Under the pieces are notes generated by a model, which did not search any database, was not told the origin of the DNA, and worked only from the letters and a program-made list of their open reading frames with translations. Shown in pieces: positions 43,255 through 57,400 of a stretch of 64,000 nucleotides of DNA (its first letter is position 1; the number at the start of each line of letters is the position of its first letter). The position numbers and the translations under genes were made by a program. Source of the DNA: Eledone cirrhosa (taxonomy: Eukaryota); NCBI GenBank assembly GCA_964016885.1, contig OZ024740.1, positions 54,870,001-54,934,000 on the forward strand, written 5' to 3'.

Positions 43255-43414
43255 AGGGCGGAGGATTGAGTTCAAATCTCCCCGAGGTTAGCCTTGCCTT
43301 TCACCCTTACCAGATCGATAGAATAAAGCGCCAGTAATACACTGGGATCGATTTAATCCACTTTCCTCTCCCCACAATAATTGCTGGCCTTGTGCCTAAT
43401 TCAGAAACCATTAT
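43255..43414 (+). mobile_element. tRNA-derived SINE, diverged
   Basis: B-box GAGTTCAAATC, core, and GCTGGCCTTGTGCC..GAAAC tail. Confidence 0.75.
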
Positions 43415-43732
43415 TATACAAGATTCAGCCTGGGTTCCTGCATAACTACAGCTGTAAAAACGGATTCGGCCTATCGTATAGACCTCAATATGTTTTTCGT
43501 TATTGATCACCATTTATTGAACATCTAAAAATATATTTATTAAATTGATTTTTCGATTTCTTTTTTTTCTTTTTTTCTTTTTTACAATATTTCACGTAAA
43601 ATACATTTAAACTTAAAAAAAGGCAACGACAAATATAGAAAACTGAATGTATAGGAAAGAATAATATATATATCTACACACATTTATATTTGTCTGTAAC
43701 GATAGATGCATGTAAGTATGTATGCATGTATG

Positions 43733-43765
<33 letters not shown>

Positions 43766-43900
43766 TTAATATATATATATATATTTATATATGTATATAT
43801 ATATATATACGTATATATATATATATACATAATATATGCAAATACATACATATATATATATATATATATTTATGTCTATAATTACACACACACACACCCA

Positions 43901-43946
<46 letters not shown>

Positions 43947-44041
43947 GAGTGGGTGTGTGTGTGTGTGTGTAATTATAGACATAAATATATATATATATAT
44001 ATGTATGTATTTGCATATATTTATATATATATAAACGTATA

Positions 44042-44095
<54 letters not shown>

Positions 44096-44313
44096 CATAT
44101 ACATTTATACGTTTATATAAGTATACATGCACGTTTACATATATTTGCAGTGGCATACTTATTAACACATTCCATGCACGTTGAGTCGAACACACGAACA
44201 CATGCAATGCCGATTCATGAATATAGTAGATAAGTTGAGAAAACGCAAGCACTCATTTATGAGTGCACGTATAACAGTATATATATATATATATATATAT
44301 AAACATATATATT

Positions 44314-44363
<50 letters not shown>

Positions 44364-44794
44364 TACATATATATGTATGTATATGTCTGTATTTCTCTCG
44401 TAACTATATAAATATAAACATATTTATATATATATATATATATATATACGTGTGTGTGTGTGTATGCGCGCGCGTGTGTGTGTGTATGTAAGTCGAGGAG
44501 GTAAAATTACATGAGTGAACAATAGACTAATAGACTACAATGATGATATATATTATGCTACAGCTTTAAATTGTAGGTAAATGGTATTAACGTTTATATA
44601 TGTACATGTATATATCCATATTCTATTCATTCAACCTATATATAAGCAATTTACATATTTACGGACGTTACTGTATATATAAAAAAGGGTAAAGATCCCA
44701 TAACCCCTAGTGTAGTCGTAGAGCCACTTTTTAAAACCTGGCGGAGCCCAACCCTCTCCAGGTCTGAACACAGACAATTTTTTCTATAGAAGAA

Positions 44795-44955
44795 GAATCG
44801 ACCCCAGTACTGAACTGGTACTTTTTTATCAACCTGGAAAGGATGAAAGGCAAAGTTGACCACGTTGGGATTTGAACTCAGAGTGAGTAATGAAGTGGGA
44901 CGAATGCCTTAAAGCATTCTATCTGACGTCTTAACAACTCTGCAAATTCGCCGCC
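44795..44955 (-). mobile_element. tRNA-derived SINE, diverged
   Basis: GGATGAAAGGCAAAGTTGACC..GATTTGAACTCAG core. Confidence 0.78.
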
Positions 44956-45032
44956 TATAATGTATATAATCATATATATATTATAAACGCAGAGAGAGAG
45001 AAGGGGGTAGTGTGTGTGTACGCGAGTGTTTC

Positions 45033-45249
<217 letters not shown>

Positions 45250-45313
45250 GTAGAACACTGGAGGGTTATATCCGTAGTAGTAGAGCACCCTGTCCATGGG
45301 ATGAGTGTGGTAG

Positions 45314-45451
45314 AAGTAGTTTCACAACAGTTAGTTCACCCTATAGAGAACAAATATTTCATCTTATGCGGATCCTCAGCACGGTCTGAGGAGCCACATA
45401 AGGTGAAACATTTGTTCTCGATATGGTGAACTAACTGTTGTGGAACTACTT
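45314..45451. mobile_element. Fold-back copy of the 31309 hammerhead family
   Basis: The arms meet immediately 5' of the two CTGAGGA cores (centre ~45382). Confidence 0.8.
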
Positions 45452-45503
45452 ACATATATATAAATATATATATACATATATATATATATTTATATATATA
45501 AAT

Positions 45504-45571
<68 letters not shown>

Positions 45572-45685
45572 GTGAGGGTTTTTTTACAAGTTGAAAAATA
45601 ACCGAGGTGTCCTACACGAGTGAAAGTATAAAGAAAAAGAGATGAAATCTCACAAGAAAAACCACAGACCCTCCATCTCAACTCA

Positions 45686-45723
45686 CCTTTTGAAAAGCAG
45701 AAGAACTGCGAAACCGGTAAAGG
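45686..45723 (+). ncRNA. Minimal hammerhead, U3-A8 variant (best-paired copy)
   Basis: CCTT-TTGAAAA-GCAG AAGAA CTGC-GAAA-CCGG-T-A-AAGG; inside element 45565-45797, which has an inverted tail. Confidence 0.8.
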
Positions 45724-45792
45724 AACCAAATAAATATATATATTTAAAAAAAAAATAAGACTCCAGTTGCATTTTCGATTTCATCTCTTTTT

Positions 45793-45847
<55 letters not shown>

Positions 45848-46439
45848 TACATCTCCATACCTTTCGTATACTAATTACACCCCTCATTAATACCCAGGTA
45901 GGTGGTCACTTAATCCAATAGAAAAAACTGCCTAATATCTTCCACAAATCCTACCCCCATCACTGTAATGTGGGGACCAACTGCTAGGACAATGTTGTTG
46001 TTCTTGATATACAAAATTTGGAATGGTTGTGTATGGAATGTGACTGTAATGCCTCATATGTATTAGGTAGGGCTGAACTTAAACATCACTAATTCAATAC
46101 TTTGGAAATTCGTAAACATCAAAGAAATGGCAATTAATGTTCCCTTAAATCACTTCCTTCTTATGCATTTTATTTGTTACTGCTTAGTCATACAAAAAAG
46201 AGCATCTTCAAAAACGCTTTTCAAGGCCCATAATCCTTGTGGAACTTAGGGAGGTTGTTATCTTCAAATAGATGACATGCTTCGAATACTTGCAGCCGAG
46301 TAGGCTCCTCATAACTCAGCTAAATGCCAGGTGATGGTGTTAAACCTGCTGACATGTTGAGTCTAGCATCCAATTAAGCCACATAGGGAAAATATCGGAA
46401 GACCTCGCGTCGGACGCTCCATCATTATGGTTCAATCGT

Positions 46440-46830
46440 GCTGGTTACATGATCACTACCGACTCGTACTCTCCAGCCACCTCGATCATTCACTGCTCTT
46501 GGATGGTCTTCTACAGTTCACGTTGACAAGGCTGGCTGTTATAGTTCTTAAACGGTCCGCCGACATTGGTACGCCACTTACAGCAGTTTCCAGCAAAATG
46601 TATCCTTCTTTTCCGGAAGACTTGAGTGTCAGGGGCTAGTTATCCATAAAATTGTTGTTTCTTGGGGTTCTGTCACCGAGATATACTCAAACAGTACGTA
46701 GCATTCACGCTTAATTACCATCTAGCTTCTTTTCAAGTTTCTTAGTCAATATGCAGGTGGGGGTACCATACACCATGCCTGGAGATAAATCTGCTTTTAA
46801 AAACATTTCAACATTTAAAAAAACTTTCAA
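46440..46830 (-). mobile_element. RTE/RTE-X-like LINE fragment, decayed
   Basis: VYGTPTCILTKKLEKKLDGN..MLR motif. Confidence 0.65.
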
Positions 46831-48496
46831 TTTGAAGTCAACTCCATTTCTTCTCGTCCCATTCACTGATAATTCTGTTGAGGCAGATTGGGGTCTTGTG
46901 ACTGTACCGGCCTGAGGGGTGCAGTATAAGTGATTAACCACAAACTCTTACTGGCATTAAACCAATCAATGAAATGATGGGATACAACATGAAGAATTAT
47001 AAACAACTGCAGATGAATCCTATATTGAATCAAAGTGGAAAAACTTCATGGGCAAATGGTCAGAGAAACCATGTCCAGTCAGCAAACTACTGTAATACAG
47101 AGGTAACGTCCATTGGCGCGCATTTCATGAGCTCCTGAAAAGTAATACTATCATGCTCCATCAGTTCACCTAATTCATTGTCTTACATTGGTACTCTATG
47201 TTATCAACGGCGAAAGGATGTACTCTTAGTTTGACCTCGACGAGATTTTAACTCAGAGATATATGAATCGAAACGAATTTCGTAAACTGAAATGACCATC
47301 CTATTGTCATGGGTTCTAATGACTCTGGTGATTACTCATCTTTAAGAGGCGAAGAAAACATTCAGCAATGTATTAATTTCAAATATATAAAAGAATTAAG
47401 CGGTCAAACCAAGAATGCTTTTAGTCAATGGAACCGACATATATATAAACAAGGAAAACACATTTACCACTGATCAAGTAACATATGAACAACTGCTCTT
47501 AACTATCTACCAAAGAATACATTAGACAATCCTGACTTACTCTAGAACAGGGGACATTCTAATTGGTTGTTCTGCCTCCTAGAAATAACAGCGTAAATCT
47601 CTCAAATTACTAACTTCGTCGAAAAGGAGGCGTGGGATATTTTTTTACTGGGGTTCACTGCATAAAAATGAAGACGGAAGATTCGCTGCTGGTATGTTAT
47701 CGATCATGGTTGACCTTGGACTAAACAAGAACAATCACAACGATAACTCTCATCACCGTTGATTCAACCTGTATTAACTCTAATGTTCATACTCAGTGAA
47801 ACAGCGAGTCGGCTATCTACGTTTCTATGGTAGAGCTAATAACGCTCATTGACATTCATGTAGTGCAGAGGTAATAATTTCAACGAAATCAGGCGATGAG
47901 TGTTCTTGATTTTGTAATAGGCTTTCATTATATTGCATTTCCTTGAGCATTCAAACGTGCTGCCGATTCATATGTAGATGTTGAACAATGAAATAAAAAA
48001 GGGAAGTTTAGTGCTTAATCAATTAATTGTTTACGATCGTTTCAATAGGTTTATTGATCATGATCAATCTCTGCAGTGACCAATCTATAGTAGTTACGTA
48101 ACTCCATATTATTGGTCGGGATATTATAGATCCCATTAACTCTCTTCATCAGAAACAATCTTAATTGTAAATGAATGATTGGATTGGCAAAATCAATAAA
48201 CCGACTTGAGATCGCGTCGGAGATTGACTTCTCATTCTTCCGGCGTCGATAAGATAAACTTCCAATGAAGTGATGGTTCCATATAATCATCTGTACTTTG
48301 CTCTACCTATTGAAATGTTGTTGTTGTTTAATCCCAGGTGAGCCGTGACCATGTATCTCCATGAACAATGTAATTTCGGTCTTGAAAGTCACTTTCATGT
48401 TTTATGTGTGCAGTGAATCCGAGATCACAATGTTAAGCGTAGGATTTCTACGAAGATGGGAGAAAGTAATTTGTAGGTGAATTGGCAGCTATTTAT

Positions 48497-48690
48497 AATA
48501 ATTGTTTCAACTTTGGGCACACAGCCAGCAAATTAACCAGTACATTACTGGTACTTTATTTTATCGACCCCGTAAGGATGAAAGGCAAAGTTGACCTCGG
48601 CGGGATTTGAACTCAGAATGGAAAGGGCCGTAACTCTATGCGTCAAAGCATGACGTCCGACCCTCTACCGATACTGCCAATCCACCGCCC
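48497..48690 (-). mobile_element. tRNA-derived SINE, full length
   Basis: GGGCGGTGGATTGGCAGTATCGG start, B-box, core and (TTA) tail. Confidence 0.9.
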
Positions 48691-50034
48691 TTATCAATCC
48701 ACCAATAATGTAAGTGACAATTTAGTGGCACTCATTTTACAAATGATTTCTAGACTAGGTAGAGCCGCCATATTCAGTACAGGCACTCTGCACCACCGTT
48801 ATGCCTGACAAACGAAGGTTAAACCTGTCACAGGCAGTTAGGAGATAAGGTTTGATATTGGGGTTATACAGCAGCAGCACGTGAAGTTAGGTTTCCACCA
48901 TCACCATTATTACTACTGTTTAAAAAATGCGCTGTGGATTTTCAGAGTGGTTGATTATCAGACAAAATCCTTTGCAAACTAGGGAGGATGCATTTAAATG
49001 TTCACACATCCTGATTGATTTAGCAGCGGCTTTCTAAAGGACTCATTGAAGAATGTAGTATTGGTTCACTTCATGTAGGACCAATGTGAGATAGTTAGGT
49101 CATATTATATATAAATATGTGATTGTGAGGTGCATGCGTGTATGAGAGGAGAAAAACTTGTTTGCCAGTATAAACAGGTGTCGCGTTACATCTCCATATT
49201 TTAAAAGACGCATCTCCTCATTTCGCTAAATAGAGATCGATAAAATATGTACCACATTGAAATAAGGGCTTGACATGTTCGATTAAGAAACTCTTAAATA
49301 TAGTATTCCAGTATGATGACAGTCCCATGACTGAACTAAGTAAAAGGATAGAAAAATACTACATAATTGAAAGCATTTTCATTACCAAATCAGTGGGAAG
49401 TAGTTGCGTTTATGACTTTGCCACAAAGCTAAAATAAATGGTCGCTCAACTTGCCAGATATAGCGGCTAAATATCTCACAAATCACTGAATAAGCACAGC
49501 TGGAAAGCTGTTCATCATAGGTGTTGTTACACGATCAGGGATGTGACCTGGGACAAAGCAACAACAATTAAAATAGTTTCCGCTGATGATTGAAACTGCG
49601 GTGTTGGTGGTGTCGACATAACATTGTCAGGGGTTACTCCCTCTTACACAGTATGAACAATTTACTAGCACCCAACGCCCAGCAGGCTCACAACCGTCAT
49701 CACCATCACCATAATTATGATGTTGATCATCATCATCATCGACATCACCTTAACGAAGACGATCAATATCAGCATCATCATCACCACCACCACCACCACA
49801 AGCACACCCACACCTCCTACCATCGTTATCATCATCGTCATCATCAACAACAGCAGTAACAGCAACAACAGCAGTAATACCATTGTCCATGTTGCTGTTG
49901 CTGTTGGGGGTGATGCTGCTATTCACTTAAGAAACGCCCTTAGATAATACATGAATTTCATGGATTCCACTTATGTAATAAACAATTATTGCATTTTTAT
50001 TGACCTTGTGGCAAATTAGGAACTTATTATCATA

Positions 50035-50068
50035 GCACCACCACCATCATCATCATTATCATCGTCAT

Positions 50069-50104
<36 letters not shown>

Positions 50105-50137
50105 ACATCATCATCAGCAGTAGTAGTAATAGTAGTT

Positions 50138-50188
<51 letters not shown>

Positions 50189-50194
50189 TTCGTT

Positions 50195-50226
<32 letters not shown>

Positions 50227-50236
50227 ATCATCATCC

Positions 50237-50265
<29 letters not shown>
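50035..50265. repeat. (CAT)n/(TAG)n trinucleotide repeats
   Basis: Directly visible. Confidence 0.95.
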
Positions 50266-50267
<2 letters not shown>

Positions 50268-51445
50268 TGCAATCTTCATCATTTTTGTCATCAAACATTG
50301 CTATGGTGACGAAAATTTCGAATCGTCTATGTCCGTATCTCTGTGCTTGCTTCAATGTGACAGTACGTATTCATATTTTACCGCACGGGCAGGCGCTTCT
50401 GTATATGTATGAAAGTTGACATGTATGTGAGTATGTATGCGTGAAGATGAGTATGCATTTGTGCCTCTATGGACGTGTGTAGTCTGTCGCAAAAGTCATC
50501 ACTGCGCAATCTCCAGACACCAAGAACGTAGAGAGAGAGATAGAGCGGAAGAACTGAGAGATAGAGAATAAGAGAGTGAGATTGAGAACTAGTGTATGTT
50601 CACGCGCGTGTTTGTGCTTACGTGTATGTACGACTTTGAATGTGTATCGGTACAAGTAGGTATATGTGTAGGTGTTTGTTTGTTTATGCATGTATGTGTG
50701 TGTCCGTGTGTATGTGTGTTTGGGAGAGAGGGAGCTATAGATAGATAGATACAGCGAGATTGAGAGAGACGAGAAAGAAGGAGCGAGTTTGTGTTTCTCT
50801 GTGTGTCTAGTATTATAAGCATATCAGATGAAGAAGGAAGAAGCAGCACATTAGCACCACCCATTTCGAAGGGGAGGGGGACGCGCCTGACACAAGAACC
50901 AATCACAAAGCAACGCCAGGGTATAAGATGAACAAGGAGAAGAAAAAGAAGCAGGAGAGCAAGAAGGAGAAGGAGAGGGAGAAGTAGAACGGGAAGAAAG
51001 AATAAGAAGTGGTGACGAAAAGCTAGGCAAGGCAAGGCAAAACAAAACAAGAAGGAAAGATTATAAGAAAGTGGGAAAGAAAAAGAGAAGGAAAGCCAGG
51101 AAGCAAGAAGGAAGGACAGAAGATAAGAAAAAAGAAGGAAAGGTATATAGACATAATGAGAGAGATAGAGAGAGACAGATAGACGGGCCGAGAGATTAAA
51201 AGAAAGGGAGCCGGAGACTGAGAGAGAAAGACGGATAAAAAAAAATAGTAAGAAAATAGAGAGATTGTGTGGTGTGTGAGTGAGAGAGAGAACATACAAC
51301 AACAGGAACATCTGAATCAAAATCGAATGCAATTAAGGGTTGTTAACCATGCTCAGATATATGCTGGAATAGCACAGGACAATACCTAGAAACGGCTTTC
51401 TGAGCGCCCAACAGATACAGGAAAGCCGCTAGTATAGCCAACTTC

Positions 51446-51897
<452 letters not shown>

Positions 51898-52811
51898 CTA
51901 CACTACTTTTTCTGGTACTCCCATACACAATAAATAATCAAGGCATGTCCTTCTTTGCATTTGACTCCAACACCTGGCAGGTGAGTTCAGAATATATACA
52001 TATACATATATATATTTTTAATATATATAAAAATTTGCATTTTTCTTATTTTGCTTCCTTCGAATAGATATGATGATAATTTTTTTTTTTTGTTTTTGTT
52101 TTATTTTCTTTGTTTTACTTCTTTTGTCTTTTGTACATATTGTTCATCTTGTGCCCCTTGGAAATTCTCATTATTTATCATTACGTATTTTCTTTCTTCC
52201 TTTCTTTCATTCATTCATTCTTTCCTTCCTTTTGTCCGTCCGTCTGTTTCTCCTACACATTGATTGATTATATATGACGCTCACCGATAATCATGGACAG
52301 CATCATCCACATCGTCATCATCAATAGCCTCATCAATCAGAGTCTCTGTCATGTCATCTACATCAATCATGTCGCCAATCATCATTATCTACGGCTGCAA
52401 TAATATCGATGACTTTATTATAAATAAATAACAGAGAAACCATTATTATCATCATCATCATTATCTATATCATTATCATCATCAGCATTATTATCATCAT
52501 TATTATTCATATTACTATCATCATCATCATCATTATCTTAACCATTATTATCATTACTACTTTCAATATGATTATTATTATTTTTATTATGATTATTATT
52601 ATCATCATTATCATCATCATCATCACCATTAATTTTAGTATTATAATTATAAATATTATCGTTATTACTATTATTATTATGTCCTGTATTGTCCTGTATT
52701 GTCCTGTGTTGTCCTTAATGTTATACTTTGTGTCAACCCTTGTGGTTAATAAAGAAAGCATTATTATATTATTATTATCATCATCATCATCATCAGTATT
52801 ACTATTATTAT

Positions 52812-52917
52812 TAAATCCCGCCGGGGTTAACTTTGCCTTTCATCCTTACGGGTCGATAAAATAAAGTACCAGTAATGTACTGGTTTAATTGGTGGCCTTG
52901 TGCCTAAAGTAGAAGCA

Positions 52918-52966
<49 letters not shown>
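52812..52966 (+). mobile_element. 5'-truncated tRNA-derived SINE with long (TTA)n tail
   Basis: AAATCCCGCCGGGGTTAACTTTGCCTTTCATCCTTACGGGTCGATAAAA. Confidence 0.85.
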
Positions 52967-52967
<1 letters not shown>

Positions 52968-53067
52968 CAACAAAAATCTAATTGCAATCATTTACAATGT
53001 TCCTGTTGTAATTATTCTAATTACTACGAATAATAACATTCTGTATTTAATATTGATTGCATATATA

Positions 53068-53119
<52 letters not shown>

Positions 53120-53179
53120 AATATACATACAATTATCAACATATAAATAATAAATAATTATATATAAAGTCTGCACGTA

Positions 53180-53212
<33 letters not shown>

Positions 53213-53309
53213 GTATGTGTATATATATATATATAAATGAATATATATTTGATATACATGTGTGTACGTGCGTGTGTGTGTTGTGTCCCTTGTTGAGTCT
53301 TCTATACAC

Positions 53310-53370
<61 letters not shown>

Positions 53371-53894
53371 GCAAACATAAATAACAAAGCAAACGACTCA
53401 GTACAATTAAGAAATATATTAGTTTACCGCTTGAAATAATAGGAAAAGAATCAATACACAAATTAAATACTTTAAAAGTTTCACGAGAATATCTGTCATT
53501 CTGTTTCTCTCTCTCTCTCTCTCTTTCTCTCTCTATCTATCTATCTATCTCTCTCTCTCACTCTCTCTCTTTCACCTTTATCTATCTCTCTGTCACCTAT
53601 CTCTCTGTCACTTTCTCCCCCTCTCTCCCTCTCTCCTTCTCTCACTCTTTCGCTCTCTTTTTTCTCCTTTTCTTTGCCTATCTCACCCTCTCTGTGTAAT
53701 ATCTATCTTTGTTCTCCCTCTTGATTAGCTTATTTTTAAACATATTTTCTTTTATTATTTTTTTCTTTTTATTTATATTTTATTCTTTCACCGTCAGCTA
53801 TACAATTCTTTCCTCCCCTGCGGCTCCCAAACACATACACACACATACGTTTACATACAATCACACACACACACTCGACTACAAACACACAATG

Positions 53895-53955
<61 letters not shown>

Positions 53956-53964
53956 CTCTCTCTC

Positions 53965-54004
<40 letters not shown>

Positions 54005-54568
54005 CTCTCTCTCTCTCTCTCTCACTGTCCCGCACTTTCACTCTCTGTCTCTGTGGTAACCACACACACACACACCCAAACACACATGCATATACACATA
54101 CATATATATAGTGACACATACACACAGATGGACACGTACACACAACATACAGAGAGAGTGAGGGAGAAAGGGATCTGTTTTTTTGGTTCATGTTTAACTT
54201 GATGTGCCAACACCTTCAACGGACTAAACCGCCTCCAGCAACAACAAGCCTCTCAACCATTTTGCGGGCGGGGGAGTGGATATTCTTCCAGGACAACAAC
54301 TGCAAGGGAAAAAACAAACGTAGAGCCAACAACAACAACACAAACAACACTAACTATAAAATTGAAAAACTCACACAGATTCACACACGAATATAAACAT
54401 ATACAGATTAAAATACGCACACACACATAAACGATGTATTACTAGATAAAACTCTTTGAATTCCAAAATTAGAAATTAAATAAAATTATGAAAATTAATA
54501 AGTTTCAAAAACACATGTAACACATTTTGAAAATAAAAACAAAACCAAACAATTGTACTACATTGAAG

Positions 54569-54618
<50 letters not shown>

Positions 54619-54620
<2 letters not shown>

Positions 54621-54809
54621 ACGAAGGAAATGTGGTAAGGAACCAGGTGGACCGTAACTCACCAAATTACTCAATACTTAGTGTAGTAGAGTGGGTAATA
54701 GGAACGAGAAGGACCCCGACGGCTGAGCTCAAGCTGTTTCGACGGCTAATTCTGGACTGAATTAGCCGTCGAAACGGCTTGAGCTCAGCCGTCGGGGTCC
54801 TACTCGTTC

Positions 54810-54811
<2 letters not shown>
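54619..54811. mobile_element. Repeat family B, fold-back copy in (TA)n
   Basis: 54700-54753 mirrors 54759-54811. Confidence 0.82.
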
Positions 54812-54895
<84 letters not shown>

Positions 54896-55062
54896 ATAAA
54901 TTAACGGAGTCATAGACCCTCGCCATTCCCTGTAAATAATGTGCTCAAAGGAGAAGAAATCCTGAGTTCTTTAAAATACAAGATTTTATTGATAGCGCAC
55001 TGTGTTACCTGTTCAACATATTGTATTATATATATATGTATGTATCTATGTATGTATGTATG

Positions 55063-55152
<90 letters not shown>

Positions 55153-55259
55153 ATATATATATGTATGTATATATATATATATGTATGTATGTATGTATAT
55201 ATATATATGTATGTATATATATATATGTATGTATGTATATATATATATGTATGTATATG

Positions 55260-55316
<57 letters not shown>

Positions 55317-55413
55317 GTATATATATATAAGTATATATATATACATATATATATGTATGTATGTATATATATATTACATAGCATGTATTTCATTTTCTTA
55401 TACCATTTTAAAA

Positions 55414-55500
55414 GGGTCCGCCGAGCCGCCGATTATTGAGTCGGATAGGATCGATACGAATCGAACCTTGAGCTGATCAGTGGCGAAACGCGTGTCACCT
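55414..55500 (+). ncRNA. Hammerhead-like fold with ~60-nt stem II domain and degenerate core
   Basis: GGGT-CCGCCGA-GCCGCCGATTA..TGATCAGTGGC-GAAA-CGCGTG-T-C-ACCT (GUC site; positions 4 and 6 are non-canonical). Confidence 0.55.
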
Positions 55501-55576
55501 ATCAATAAATGCAATGAAGGAGTAATCAATCGTCCTTGTTATCCTTTCAATATATATACATATATATATATATTTA

Positions 55577-55660
<84 letters not shown>

Positions 55661-56550
55661 CATATATAAATACATACATATATAAATACATACATATATA
55701 CAGAAATATATACATACATAAATACATACATACATTCATAATAATATATATATGTAGTCCTCTTCATAGATTAACATTGTTTAAATGGTGACAAACCACG
55801 TGTCACAATTAGTGTACAAATATTTATATAAATACATGCTTACATAAAGAAACAAACACATACACATATATATGTGTATGAATATATATATGCATATACT
55901 TGCATGTTTATGCGTATATATATGTACATAAATATATACATTTATATGCATATGTATATATATATATATTTAATATGCATATATATATAGATATATATAT
56001 ATATATATATATATACATTCACATATATTTATATATAGTAGGTATGTGTGTGCGTGTATTTGTCCGTGTATTAGTGAGCTATGAAATATATTTTCTCAAT
56101 TATCAACAGCAACTCTAGTCATCATCGTTATACATACGTTAATCATCACCATCATCAACATTATTATTACTATCGTCATTATCAGTGCCACATCATTCAA
56201 TCTTTATTCTATATTCGCCATTGAAGGCCTATTGCTGTTGCATATAGCCTAATGATTATAAAAAGCATCATTATATATCTCACATCTTATTTTATTTTAG
56301 CTCTATATCACTATTGTCATATATATCATCAACAGAATCATTAAATTCATAATCATCACTATTAATATTATAGTTATTTTATAGTATGCCGTAAAAAAGA
56401 AATTTGAAAAATTTACTAGGTAACATAATATATCAATGTGAATATTATATATATAAGCAAAGATAGATGCTAATGCTTGCAAAGCACACACGCACCTACA
56501 CACAGACACACACACACACACACATAGATAATATATATATATATATATAT

Positions 56551-56686
56551 AACGAAGGAATTGTGGTAAGGAACCAGATGGACCATAACGCACCAGAGTA
56601 CTCAATAATTAGGGTAGTAGAGTGGGTAATAGGGAAAAGTATGACCCCGACGGCAGAGCTCAAGCCGTTTCGACGGCTATTTAGGA
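56551..56686 (-). mobile_element. Repeat family B, single copy in (TA)n
   Basis: Full unit flanked by (TA)n. Confidence 0.8.
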
Positions 56687-56687
56687 A

Positions 56688-56730
<43 letters not shown>

Positions 56731-56980
56731 ATATATTTAGATAGATATATATATATATGTATATAGATGTATATATAGATATATATATGTGTGTGTGTGC
56801 ATGAGTGTATGTACGTGTAGATAGATATATCGTGTACTTTCACTCACTCTTCCTCTGTTAGATACGCTTCAGCACGCCCATTCTACTTCCATTCTTCACC
56901 TCTTGTCTTATCTCAAGTATATTCACTTTCACAATCGCACTCACATGCACATTATATTATATAAGGTTACACACAAACAT

Positions 56981-57400
<420 letters not shown>

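Noticed and set aside
48051-48290. 79-aa non-repetitive minus-strand ORF
   Set aside because: No recognisable domain or convincing splice signals, and the length is compatible with chance.
50265-50365. LCPYLCAC peptide resembling an LRR N-terminal cap exon
   Set aside because: It is contiguous with trinucleotide repeats, has no clear acceptor and no downstream LRR exons are visible.
51335-51445. GCTCAGA/TCTGAGC-closed multi-stem with GAAACGGC next to (TA)n
   Set aside because: No CUGANGA-like segment and only a single copy.
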